Positions 36,375 to 50,400 of a DNA stretch of 64,000 bases are shown in pieces. Source of the DNA: Macrostomum hystrix. Its lineage: Eukaryota; Animalia; Platyhelminthes. Position numbers and translations under genes: made by a program. The notes under the pieces were generated by a model. That model saw only the letters and a list, made by a program, of their open reading frames with translations. It was not told the DNA's origin and ran no database searches. How positions within the stretch are numbered: the first letter of the stretch is position 1; every line of letters begins with the position of its first letter. The stretch is taken from positions 20,088,001 through 20,152,000 of the forward strand of contig CATNEN010000039.1 of NCBI GenBank assembly GCA_950097015.1, read 5' to 3'.

Positions 36375-38945
36375 CGATTTAGGATGTAGTTTTAATCGAT
36401 TTAGGATGTTCTTACAATCGATTTAGGATGTTCTTACAATCGATTTAGGATGTAGTTACGATTGATTTAGGATGTAGCTACGATTGATTTAGGATGTAGC
36501 TACGATTGATTTAGGATGCAGCTACGATTGATTTAGGATGTAGCTACGATTGATTTAGGATGCAGCTACGATTGATTTAGGATGTAGCTACGATTGATTT
36601 AGGATGTAGCTACGATTGATTTAGGATGCAGCTACGATTGATTTAGGATGCAGCTACGATTGATTTAGGATGTAGCTACGATTGATTTAGGATGTAGCTA
36701 CGATTGATTTAGGATGCAGTAACGATTGATTTAGGATGTAGTTACGATTGATTTAGGATGTAGTTACGATTGATTTAGGATGCAGTAACGATTGATTTAG
36801 GATGCAGTTACGATTGATTTAGGATGTAGTTACGATTGATTTAGGATGTAGTTACGATTGATTTAGGATGTAGTTACGATTGATTTAGGATGTAGTTACG
36901 ATTGATTTAGGATGTAGCTACGATTGATTTAGGATGTAGTTACGATTGATTTAGGATGCAGTTACGATTGATTTAGGATGTAGCTACGATTGATTTAGGA
37001 TGTAGCTACGATTGATTTAGGATGTAGCTACGATTGATTTAGGATGTAGCTACGATTGATTTAGGATGTAGTTACGATTGATTTAGGATGTAGTTACGAT
37101 TGATTTAGGATGTAGCTACGATTGATTTAGGATGTAGTTACGATTGATTTAGGATGTAGCTACGATTGATTTAGGATGCAGCTACGATTGATTTAGGATG
37201 CAGCTACGATTGATTTAGGATGTAGTTACGATTGATTTAGGATGTAGTTACGATTGATTTAGGATGTAGTTACGATTGATTAAGGATGTAGTTACGATTG
37301 ATTTAGGATGTAGTTACGATTGATTTAGGATGTAGTTACGATTGAATTAGGATGCAGTTACGATTGATTTAGGATGCAGCTACAATTGAATTAGGATGCA
37401 GTAACGATTGATTTATGATGCAGCTACGATTGATTTAGGATGTAGTTACGATTGATTTAGGATGCAGTTACGATTGATTTAGGATGCAGTTACGATTGAT
37501 TTAGGATGCAGTTACGATTGATTTAGGATGCAGTTACGATTGATTTAGGATGCAGTTACGATTGAATTAGGATGCAGTTACGATTGATTTAGGATGTAGC
37601 TACGATTGATTTAGGATGTAGTTACGATTGATTTAGGATGTAGTTACGATTGATTTAGGATGTAGTTACGATTGATTTAGGATGCAGTTACGATTGAATT
37701 AGGATGCAGTTACGATTGATTTAGGATGCAGCTACGATTGATTTAGGATGTAGCTACGATTGATTTAGGATGTAGCTACGATTGATTTAGGATGTAGTTA
37801 CGATTGATTTAGGATGCAGTTACGATTGATTTAGGATGTAGTTACGATTGATTTAGGATGTAGTTACGATTGATTTAGGATGTAGCTACGATTGATTTAG
37901 GATGTAGTTACGATTGATTTAGGATGTAGCTACGATTGATTTAGGATGTAGTTACGATTGATTTAGGATGCAGTTACGATTGATTTAGGATGTAGTTACG
38001 ATTGATTTAGGATGTAGTTACGATTGATTTAGGATGTAGCTACGATTGATTTAGGATGTAGTTACGATTGATTTAGGATGTAGCTACGATTGATTTAGGA
38101 TGCAGCTACGATTGATTTAGGATGCAGCTACGATTGATTTAGGATGTAGTTACGATTGATTTAGGATGTAGTTACGATTGATTTAGGATGTAGTTACGAT
38201 TGAATTAGGATGCAGTTACGATTGATTTAGGATGTAGCTACGATTGATTTAGGATGTAGTTACAATCGATTTAGGATGTAGTTACAATCGATTTAGGATG
38301 TAGCTACGATTGATTTAGGATGTAGTTACGATTGATTTAGGATGTAGTTACGATTGATTTAGGATGTAGTTACGATTGATTTAGGATGTAGTTACGATTG
38401 ATTTAGGATGTAGTTACGATTGATTTAGGATGTAGTTACGATTGATTTAGGATGTAGTTACGATTGATTTAGGATGTAGTTACGATTGATTTAGGATGTA
38501 GTTACGATTGATTTAGGATGTAGTTACGATTGATTTAGGATGCAGTTACGATTGATTTAGGATGCAGCTACGATTGATTTAGGATGTAGCTACGATTGAT
38601 TTAGGATGTAGTTACGATTGATTTAGGATGTAGTTACGATTGATTTAGGATGTAGTTACGATTGATTTAGGATGTAGTTACGATTGATTTAGGATGTAGT
38701 TACGATTGATTTATGATGTAGTTACGATTGATTTAGGATGTAGTTACGATTGATTTAGGATGTAGTTACGATTGATTTAGGATGTAGTTACGATTGATTT
38801 AGGATGTAGTTACGATTGATTTAGGATGTAGTTACGATTGATTTAGGATGTAGTTACGATTGATTTAGGATGCAGTTACGATTGATTTAGGATGTAGTTA
38901 CGATTGATTTACGATGTAGTTACGATTGATTACGATTGATTTAGG
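36375..38945. repeat. 22-bp tandem minisatellite, roughly 115 copies
   Basis: Unit GATTGATTTAGGATG(T/C)AG(T/C)TAC. Confidence 0.97.
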
Positions 38946-39794
38946 GTAGCGCTACCAATAATTTAGGATGCTATTATGAATTTAGGGGCACTACTGTGAT
39001 ATGACAAATCAGATGAACTGCATATAAAGATGGTTCCATTAAAAAAACTTAACGCAGAAAATCCTTAATAAATTCACTGCTTATCTGGAGAACTAATTGA
39101 AGGCGGATGCTGTAATTACGACGCATATTATGATTTTCGCACGGAGAGAGAATACTAGTTATTATTCGCCATTATCGTTCGCATTTTCGCAGACACATTT
39201 GATAGTCCACGAAGTTTTGAAATACTGTTTCAGTAAGCTCGCAGCCCTAAAAAAGTTATTATGAACAGAAACTTGAAACAGGTTTATTTTTTTCAACTCC
39301 GTTCCGCTTTTGATTGACAGCTATGAACCAACAGCCATGAGTTGTTTGGCGAAGATAAACACAAAGTAATGATTGACACCTATGATATTTTAATCCCTTG
39401 ATTTTTTCTCGATATAATTTTTTTTGTTTTGCTTCTCAGCTTGTCACTTTAATCAAGCACATAAGAATATTCCTGTCATTAAACATTGATTTTACTGAGT
39501 TACTGTCGAGGTAGTAGCTTAAAAAGTAGCTTAAAATTAGCTACTTTTTGTGGTTTTTCTTTTGCCTAGCTGACGTTGCAGTTTCATTGTTAATTCGTTA
39601 AACAGAAACATTTTAATAGAGATGCGTGCACAATTTTCTTGTCGTGATTGTATATTCCTCGATTACTATACCTTTACTATACCTTGATACCTTTTTGATA
39701 TATACATTATTGACCATGATAAGTAATCTGCGCTCCACTATTAAACTGTTTATTATAGCATTTCCCGATCAAATTGGTCCTACGAGCAGTCAAT

Positions 39795-40610
39795 TTAATC
39801 CACTATTGCGAAATCCAATTCGTTTCGCTGCCGCTTGATATATTCTATGGCCAAATTTGCTGTTTTTTCACTCAACTTATACTCCGATTGGCCGCTCCAA
39901 ATAAATGTATGGTCCAATGTTAAGTATAAGTTATCACCCACTTTTTTATTTATTTTGGCCGGGAACGGCTGAGGACTCGTTTATTGGCCGAGGCCAAGAA
40001 ACGATGTCCGAAGACGTTTTCGGCCATAGATAAGTCAAACAAGTGGGTGATAATGTATTTATTCCACAGTTGAAGCCAGATAATTGTCACCGGACCAGAT
40101 AAATGTTTATCTGTCCCGGCCAGATAAATTTCAACGGCCAAATAAATACATTTATGCGGTCTATTGGCCAATCCAACTGGGGAGTAAAGCCATTGTTAAA
40201 GCAATGTCCAATGATCCAAATAAATAATTAGACGCTCGAATAACGATTTTTTTTGTCTATGGTAAGAATGTGGTGGCTTCGCCCCCACACCCCCAGCGAG
40301 CAATCTGCCGCCTTATCCCCGTTAGCAGCCAACAAACCGAACGGTGTATAAATATATTATTTCCGTTTATTTAGTCTATGGTCTGAATTAACGGCCTCGG
40401 ACTCGCTTCGTGCCAAGAAACGAGTCCTCTGCCATTAATTCAGACCCAAGGACAATTTAATAACTCTTAGTTAAGTTAAGTTGTCCTTGCTCCGACCAAA
40501 GAAAAGAAATAAACGGAAATAACTTGTACTAATCCACTATTGCGAAATCCAATTCGTTTCGCTGCCGCTGGATATATTCTATAGCCAAATTAGATGTTTT
40601 GTTTCACTGA
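39795..40610. mobile_element. Degenerate dispersed repeat / DNA-transposon relic
   Basis: ~65-75 bp direct repeat at ~39797 and ~40530; 40349-40390 is the reverse complement of 22144-22185; internal GGCC-AAATAA/GATAAA motifs. Confidence 0.5.
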
Positions 40611-40739
40611 AGTTAATCAGCTAGGGCTCTTATTTCGTGTATTTATTCGAAAAGCGCTTGTTTAAAAGAAGCGGAGCAATAAGATGACAATCCTAGGACC
40701 AATTTGACCGGAAATGCTATATTGTTACAAAACAATATA

Positions 40740-40945
40740 CACTCAGCAACATTTACAACGCAACACTCTAACTAGAAGAAAAATCAACTCACTCAGAAGA
40801 GTCAAAGCGCATAGTCTATGGTTCAAATCGAGCTTCAGAAACGCGTGTAGCTTCCTCTACAACACTCTAACTAGAAGAAAAATCAACTCACCCAGAAGAG
40901 TCAAAGCGCATAGTCTATGGTACACTCAGTCTATGTTGCTGAGTG
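40740..40945. mobile_element. Tc1/mariner-type MITE
   Basis: Ends CACTCAGCAACAT...ATGTTGCTGAGTG each flanked by TA (perfect 19-bp inverted match 40734-40752 / 40933-40951); internal ~60-bp direct repeat at 40762 and 40861. Confidence 0.65.
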
Positions 40946-41429
40946 TATATTTTGTCATCGACGTGATTGCCAAAAATAGTTGAATTAAATATGCAACTAT
41001 AGACTAAGACTACTTCTAAAATAATCGCTTCAAAAAATCATCACACTATAAACACTAGAAATGGTAGAGCATTTTAAGCATAGTTTCGAGTATCTATTGC
41101 CCTGAATAAAGCTTGGTTTGAGTTTGAATATTAAATGACTCCAAAGGTAGTACAAAAAAATTTTCTACTCACCTAGCCCAGCAATGCTCTAACGACTGTG
41201 ATACGCGCTTACAATTTTAGAGACCATTATATGTAAAAAACGAAGGATGTAGCGAACTTCATTTTAGTTCTTAAGAATGGTTTCCTAATAATCATCAGTT
41301 CTGCGATATATTTTTTTAACAAAACATTTTCGCATTCGATCAATTTTAATTTTCCCAATCACCAATCAAAGTTTTGTAAGCATAAGTTAGTTTTTTTAGT
41401 TGGCTCATCGCTCGGTCAAGGCGCAGTTT

Positions 41430-44400
41430 TCAGCATCGATTGCAAGTTCTCGGACAGACAATCCTGGTGTAGAGATTCCAAGCGCACTGGTTTGTACGCT
41501 GCTGGTAGAGACACTCAGACTTGGAGACCTGGTCGTGACAGACTGAAATTGGCAAAATTATCCACCGATTTCAAATCGTTGATAAAAGTTCAAGATGTTC
41601 ATTTTTGACCATACAATAATTGTCTGCCCTGACTTTCACATGGGCAGGACCCAGGTGAGTACTTACGTGTTCCACAACGATCTTCAGTCTCAAACCGAGC
41701 CTCGTAGCAAACGTTGGATTTTGGCGGCTTAACAAAATAAGTAACCTGTCGCAGTCGTCGGCCATCAATGCAGGGCTGAGTTCGCTCAATCGAAGGTGGA
41801 CAGTTAGAGCAGTCGATGCGATAGTGGGTCTTCTGCTCCGTGCAAGCTCCGTGCTTTTGTCTGACGGCAAAGGCGCTGGTTATTGTGCGGTGGCCTTGTA
41901 CACATGGTCCTAGGCAAGTTGAGACACCCGGTTGGCAGCCATGGCAATACGCAACTTCGCGCTTCACCGACTCTTCGCATTTGCCGTTGACCAGAACCGT
42001 CGTCTTGTGCAGAATCTCTCGGCGCCCTTGTACACACGGCTGCGGTTGGACTATAGTTCCCACTGGACACTCTGCTGAGGAATGATTAGAGGACAGTTAG
42101 ATGAGACCTGTGAGATTCTGTGTGAAATGGCTTGGATCCTGTTTAACAAGCCCAGGTACGGCGTACAAAACTCACGGGGGCATTTCTTATCTACGCGCTG
42201 CACGTCGATTCGGCAAAGTTGGAAGCCCGGCACCCACTCTGTGCGCAGCACTTTGTCCACCCGATGACCCGTCTGATGATTGCATTCACCGCGGTGAACG
42301 AACTCGCGTCCGTCACACAGGCAGAGACGGCAGGTCCTGGGGCATAGTCGAGCAGTTGAACTGATTGCACAGCCACCAACAGAGTCAATATTTTGACACT
42401 TGGCCTTGGGAAGATGATCCCGACAGGGCTTGCACTGAACTTGCAGGAACGTCTTCCTCTTCAGGCAAACACCACTCGGGCTGCGCTCGAAGTACTTGAC
42501 TGTGATGGTGCGGTAGCAATACTGATAATATCCAAGAGCTAGAGACACTGGCACACATCGACAATGGGAATCTCCGCCAGTTACTTGTCGCTTAGGGCAT
42601 CCCAGTTGAACTGCAAAACAGAGTAGCCGATTTGCGTAAGTAATTGAAAGTCTATCCGATTTTTTAAAAACTGTGTTCCGCTTTTAATCAACCACTTACC
42701 CTCTTGCAGACGCGTTGTGACTCTCAAGTTGCAGATTCTCTCATACAGATTGCACCTTGTAGCACCTCGATTTTGATTGTCTGACGGAACAGCGCCGAGC
42801 ACGTGGTGTCTCGGAAGCAGGTAATCATGTAGGCCATTTCTGTCTACCTTTGCCAAAGTGCACTGATACGATGGTAGATAAAAGTCAAATGACCGACACG
42901 ATAGATCTTTCTTGCATTTTTGAAGGCAATTGTCAAAGCCCTTGTACTTCTTGATGCTCAGACCGGGATAGCGAGCGTCGGTTACGAGGCACTCTCGGTC
43001 AGCATACTTGAACTGCCATCGCCCGCCAATTGAAAGGCAGCCATCGCATCGGTTGCATTGTTTGTCGCACAAAGAGCTCGCATCGGCCAGCTGCTTCAGC
43101 TCCGGGTCCGATGCAGCGTCAGTGAAGTTCCTGCTGCAGATCCTATGCCTGCGGTCTAAATCGGCACATAGCCAGTCAGGAAGTTTGTTGATACAGGGTT
43201 TCAAATTCTTTTGGCAGCGCTGCTGGTGCTTGTAATGATGCGGCTTGCAGCTACATCCATGAATCAGATTAAACAACGTTTTTACAGCCATTAGACCGTA
43301 CTGACAATCTCCTAGTTGCACAACAGGTGATTGGCATCTTACGCGACCTAGGCGGGTGACCACTTTTGATGGAATACACTGACGAATGCTGCCAGTAACC
43401 AGTAGAGTGTAAGTCGTCGTTAGGTTTAACTTTTCATGACGCTTATAATCACAGACAGTCTTAGGCTGAGAGTTTTCTGGACAAGCGCACAGAACCTCTT
43501 CGGAGCGGGTCTGTGTGGCGCAGGTGCAGTTATTGCCAGTCCGCTGCCAAGTTGTAACGACTGTAATGCGAGTCTCGCCTGTAGCTGAGCTTCGAGTTCC
43601 TGCGATTGTGCAGTTGGGCACGTCTGATCGAGGCGTCCCATCGCATACGACGTCCTGCACGTTAAGCTCCAGTCGATTAGGTAAGCAGATCGTATTGTTG
43701 GCATCGGGTTTGTACTCGATGCGATAAGTGAGTAGCCGATTGTCTTGTGTGCAGACGGTAAAGTCGCTAGACGCGTCACATCCGCACAGTTCTGTGCGCG
43801 TAGTCGTCTGCGGTACACATTCACATCCCGAAACAACTGTAATCGACTCGGTAATTGTTCTGTAGAGGCTGTGATTTCTGAACTGGTCGCAGGCAGAGGC
43901 AAAGCTGCGGTAATTCTGTGGGCATATTACGCCTACTCGATCGCTTCGAGTGCGTACGACGCAGGCGCGGTTTTGAAGATCAAATTCCTGATACGATCTA
44001 GTCACCGTCAGGACATTAGTAGCTCTTTCGCAGGAGCGGGTCTCATTAGTTGTTGGTGGACAGCCTGTGAAGAAAGTTGGTTCTAAAATTATAGTAGGAT
44101 TTTAATTATATTATACAGAGCAAGTCTGCAAATGCAAGCACTCACAGCACGTTTCTAAGCGCTGCGTTGTTGTTCGTTGACAGGTGCAATTTACAACCGA
44201 ATAAGCAACATCAGTGATGATCCTCTGACAACTGACTGTGTCACAGATGCCCTCGCTACTACTGGCAACGGGGCACTCAACTTCGGAATAGATTTCTTCA
44301 GTAATATTCTTGCACGTGGAGTCGTCAAGCTCCTGACGGACAGTTTTCTGGTACCGCAATGTGCCGTTCCGCACGCACGCCTCCGTCAGAGCAGGCGCAT

Positions 44401-47400
44401 CGCAACGACACCTGAGGAATCTAAATGACTGTCTCTTGTGACATTCGCAGTCCACCAGAGTTGGATGAATTGTTACGACAACGCGAAAGCCGTTTTCCAT
44501 GCACGGACCCATTGTTGTCTTCTTTGACTGCTCGCAGACTGAAAATATTGGATTTTAATTGAATTTATTGCAACTTTTCCCCATTGACCCTGCTTGTGCT
44601 CCCTGTAAATTACTGTCTTAAATTTAGTTGCTATTGGTAAAATTTATTTCTTAAGATTCAGAATATAAAAGTAGGTTAGCTAGAAAACTGTACTCGTACT
44701 CCACAAATATAGTGCCTGTCCAAAAAGTGCCTTTAACCAGCTTATTGTGGTACCCATTTTACAGCTGAGTGAATCGATGCATTATAAAATTTGGGGCTTG
44801 CTCAATAAGACACATTGTTTTCTTAGGCTGAGATTCGAACTCCCCAACTCTCGCTTAGAATTCCGAAGCTCAAAAGCCCTTCGTACTTACGCTTGCAAAT
44901 ACTCCGCGTTATATCTTTTGAAGTATCTATTTTGAGGCACATTCCGAACTTTGAGTTGAACCTGTAAGTGGATGTGATTAAACGTAGGCGATTTCCAATA
45001 CATCGCTTGGACGTTCGAGGAGATGGACAGCAGCAGTTTATAATGTGATGGAATCGCTTGGCTTCGCATCTCTTCTTTGTCGGATTGAAGATGAATTCAG
45101 TCTTCGTCACCTTGCTAGCACAGTCGACGCATAGTCCGTGCTTTATCAGCGAAGGCTGGCAGGCTAAAATATGGCTTGGTGTTTTAGTTATTGCCTGCAA
45201 CATATTCTATGATGCAACAAAGAACTTTGTTTACCTTCGAATCCACATGATCTTGAGACCTTCTCAGACGTTCGTTTGCATGAACAATCAACAGTTTGCT
45301 CCAGTTCTCGTCGCCAAACCCTCTTACCATCAATGCATGCTGTCAGTGGCTTCTCACTAATGATTCTCTGACAGCTTATCAACTTGTAGCGATTTTTATA
45401 CTCAGGAACACAGTGGCCATCTCTCAGCTGCTCGGTGCGGGTCTGGGTGACAAGCATCTGACCTGCCTGGCATCGTATAGCCGTCTTAGGCTTGGCATCG
45501 CAGCAGCAGCGTTGACTATGCCAGCGGGTGAAGCGCTTTACCTTGCAGTTTTCAATGCGATAATTGATAGTCTTGATGCGCTGCTGACAGTTTTTGCAGC
45601 TGTGAGGAATCACTTTTTGCTCCGGCAAGTTCACGGAGACTGGGGTTCTGCGCACCCGGTAGGAGCAGCGGCAGTGACCCGTTTTCCGATAGGTAGTCTC
45701 AACGCGACAAAGCTTGTGTCCATCTTCGCATTCCAGCTGCCTACTTGGTATTGGACAACGCGATTGGCAGTGACGTTTCATGCGCTGTACCCGACAGCTG
45801 CAGCCATCGCGAACTTCTCGCTCCAAAACATTTGAAAAGTGACCATCCCATTCACCATCTTCCCTGTCTTGCCAGCTATTTTTCCTGCCGGCCGCTCTCC
45901 ATGTGCTGTCACAGTAAATTTGCACAGATTCTGCCTCCTGGCGTTCGAGACACTTAGAGCCACTTGGATCAATCTCGTAGTGGTGCTTTGTGATAAGAAG
46001 GATGCCATCTCTATCCTGACATCGTCTGGAGATTTTGGATTGAATGCAGTGGCAAACCTCGTGTTCCACCGATTTTTCTGGTACACAGCGACAATCAATC
46101 TTTTTGAAGGATACACGTGTCACGGTCCTGACATACGCCTTTCGAGACAGGTCTTTGCGGCAAGGGCCTCTGTGCACGATGTCTATCGGACAGTTCACGG
46201 GTCTTTCTGTGACTTCCTCAGTCTTTTCACAAGGGCCATCCTTTGATTCCTTGGTATAACGGGTGACAGTTTGCACCAGCCTGTCTTCCGGAACGTTGAT
46301 GCACTCATTCTTTACCTGTGGAGGCTGGCATTCTAGAATGAAAAAATTGCTTCAAATAAATTTTTTGATACAGAAACCTAAATTTTAGAGTGATACGAAA
46401 TAAATCTTTTTTTTACCAGAAAATATCTTAGCGTGCTTATTACCTTTCTGTTCAGAATGAACCTTCCCCGTGAACTTCTGACACTTGCATTGCTTTAGTG
46501 CGTACCAGACCTTGAGAACGATAGTATCGCCATTTGCTGAAGTTGCCGTCTCAAATCGTTCATTTCGTTGGCAGGCTAAGGTACAAGGAAGTTAAAAAGT
46601 GAGTTAAAATTACTTTAAAATATATAGTTTATATAAAAATATAAAAATATAAAAATAAAAAAAATATTAAAAAATTTTATAAAAAAAATATATATGTTTA
46701 TATAAAAAAGAACTCTTACCTATCTCCTCTCGATAAACGACACTCGACATCTCGCAGACTCCGTTTTCCAACTTGTAGAATAAGTTTTTCGCTTCAAAAA
46801 CTTCACCAACGCACTTCTTATCACCGTGACGCGACGGGGGGCAGCAGCACTTTGAACTAATAACAAAGTGCTGACTATGGCACTTTTCATTCTTGAAGTA
46901 GTAGTACAAGCGCTTAGTGCAGGTTTCCTTATTGCACTTTGATGACCGCACTAACTTTGGCGCTCTGTCGCATTCTGACAAAGAATAAAAAATAAATCAA
47001 TGTACAATCAACTCGAATTTGGTTCTAATGAAATTTAATTAAATAAAATTTAAACACGGGCTAAGGACCACTAACGAAAAAATTATTGACAGTTAAACCA
47101 CAGACTGAAACCACCCCATTGATAGAGTACATACACGGCGGGTATTTATCGATAATTTTTATCGAAAGTCTTGTAGTTAAGGCTGGTAACTGGCCGTAAA
47201 AAAATAAGAGTGCGCTTCATAAATTGTTTGGCAAAATGCCCAAGCATTAAGTTAAGACGACCTCAGCGAATTTGGTTAACGAGTTGATTGCACCTCTTGA
47301 AAGTTGCGAATACGCTCGTATGCGAAAGCAAGCTTACTTTTACTGCATCGCTGCTTCTCGACACGCACATGCGGCTCGCACAGGCAGTTCTCTGCCTTCC

Positions 47401-50400
47401 ATGTGGTCCTTTCCAGCAGACGGTAGCCTTGCTTGTTGCAAGCCGAAACGCGACGCACTGACTGCAGAGGGCAGGCGACTGACCTAGTTTCAGATTTGAC
47501 TACAACTCGTTTGCAGGCGCCTTGGACCACTTGCCGCCTCGTGGTGACAATCGTGAGGGTTCGTCCCTGACAATCGCGGGCCTGATTTTCTCTAGGCTCG
47601 CATAGGCAAGCTTCTTCGTGTTCAATCTTCTCTAGCTGGCAGCGGCAGTTGACGCTGCGTCCGCTTGATCGGACAACCTGAAAATATTCAGTGTTAGGAT
47701 TATCCTGATTGAGGAATGAGATAAGCGCTGCAAGGAGAGCAAACACCTGCATACAATGCATTTGATTATAAGACTAGTCAAGTGCAACAGTTTTCCTACC
47801 GTTAGATGTCCATCTCCATCCAAGCCACGCACGCATGCCGTCCTCGACACGCGTCGCTTCTGACATATAGCCTGATTCTCGCGTGCCTTCAGGTGCTTCA
47901 CACAAAGGCACCCCTGTAGCTGGTAACTTAGGTGGAAGGTGATAATCTTGTTGTCTTGGCAGGCATTCCAACTGCGGCTGTTCGGACAGCGGCAAGAGCA
48001 CTTTTTACGGATGCGCTCCGTAACACAGCCGCACTTATGCACGCGATGCACGTACTTCACAACTTGACGTGTGCCACCAGACTCGCTGCAACTGCCGTAT
48101 TGCACTCCAGTTTTTTGCCCCTCTGCATCGCAGACAACTGGCTCGACCTTTGTGTATTGCTGTTTCTTACACTGACCGTCAATTAGCTCATAATATGTCG
48201 TAATTATTGCTTCCTTGTCGTTGCTACAAAGTTTCTTGCTGTGAGACTTTTTGCATTTGCAGTCTTCATATCTCGGTGGCTGCTCGGACCAAACGCACCT
48301 GCACGCTTGAGTTATGAGCTGGAACACTCGGATCTCCTCTTTACCCGAATCTTTGTTGCAGCCCTGTCGGATCTCCTTTCGTCCTTCGCAAGTGATTCTC
48401 TGCTCAGTAGTAAAGTTGCGCTGCAAACAGATGCCTCCTGGACCATCGTAGTAGTAACTTACGGTTCGTACAGTAACGTTGTCTGCTCTGCACAAGCGTG
48501 TAACGATATTTCCCCCGTTACGCTGGAAGCAGTTGCAAATTTCGCTCGCTCGAGTTGTTTGAGCGACGCAAGTGCAGTTTTCGACTATGTAATTTACTCT
48601 TGTTACCGCACTAAAATAAAAAAAGAAATAATAACAGTTTTTCGTATTTCAAGCCCATTAAAAAACACAGTAAAAATATGCTATTTACCGAGTGCCTGTC
48701 GTTGTGTCGCAGTCGTCACGCGTCTGTCGCGATGTTGAATTACCTGTGCAGGTTATCTCCATGTCTGTTATGTATGAATTCCGGACGCAAGTATTGTTGA
48801 CAAGCTCATCCACGTAAGTAATTCGACGCAGAGTTGTTCCAAGGCAAGTTATGTTGACAACAACTGCATTGCATAAGCACGGACGTTGGACCGAGTTGTA
48901 GAGGACTTCAATGCATTCTCTAGTCGTCGAGTTGTACTGTTGTCGATAGTATTTGTCCGTAGTAACACTTTGATTTCCGTTGCACAAACCTTTCTCAACT
49001 CTTTCGTTACTGGGACAGGAGCACGGCTGGGTAAAACTTCTGACCGTAGACACACACTGACAATTGACAATGGCAACATCGCGAATGCTCACTGTCTGCC
49101 GATTACTAGTGGAGTTGCACACTGTCGAATTCGTTTCTCCAGAGCGTGTTTCGCAAGTCACAGTTCGATACGTAGTATTTTGCTGCAGTACGCACGTGTT
49201 ATTAACCAAGCTATATCTGGTTGTAACCTGCTCAAATTGATTAGTTACCGGATTGCATCGCTCCGGGCTAATCACAGAAGGAGGGCAGCAGCATCTAACC
49301 TTTCGATAGGAATGCACCTGATGACAGCTGAGGGTAAAAACAATCATCATATTTGTGTCAGAAGAATTCGATGTGCGTGATAGAGTTATAAATAGATCAT
49401 AAGTGTTTGAGGACTTACTGGCACTGTTTTGGTACGAACTTTACAGTAACTTCTTCGGCAAAGCAACTGTCCGTGTCGCAGGGAAGTATCTTGGTGTGGG
49501 GTGCAGTGCAGTTCACGATTTCGGTGGAAATAGACGTTCGAGGTTCGCAGCTGGCGCTCGGCACATTCGGTCTTGAGTAACTCACAAGAGTCTTCTCCCA
49601 AAAGTCATCTCCCACACAGCTTTGTTGGGACGTTGGTGGCCGACAACCGCAATTAACACGCACTTTGCGATCAACTTTCCATTGGCAGCGGCATTGATTT
49701 GGTCGTTGGCGCAGTTTCAAAATGTATTGGAAACTATCTCCCAAATCATCCTTCAAACAAGGAGTCCGGTGTGCTTTTTCACCATGGCACTTTACGACCT
49801 TTGATTTTTTATCCCTGCTTGGCGTGCATTTTCCGTTGACTAGATTGTATCGTATGATTGTTGTGACAAGTGTTTTGTCTGAGTGACATACTGTGCTGTA
49901 CCGTGATTTGTACTTTGGAATCAAGGAACAGATGCAAGGAACACGATCGTTCCGGACATGACTCTTGCAGTGACACTTGAAGGGGACATAAGTTTGAGTG
50001 CGAACAATTTGAGTACCGCTGGAAGACAAGCCCTTCCTTCGCTCGCATGATCCTGGAACCACTTGTGTACGAGGCTGGGGACATTTTACAGCATTGCGTG
50101 TGACAGACTCATCTGGCAAGCACTCGCCTCGCTGAAGTCTGTAGTGAACTTGAACGGTAATCCACGAATTTTCACGGCACGTTCTGCGCTTGCGATTGAG
50201 GTGATGACAGCCTAAAATTAGTAAAATTTGGCTTAGACTAATTGATAATCTAACTAGCGACCCGATAAAAATTCAGGTGCTGAGAAAAAGGCATTGTAAG
50301 TTTTTACTCACTACAGTAGGCGTGGTGCACTGCTACATGTCGGTCGCACTTGCAGTTTTTCCGATTAACAGTGTAGCGAATCAAAATGGTTTTGTATTTT

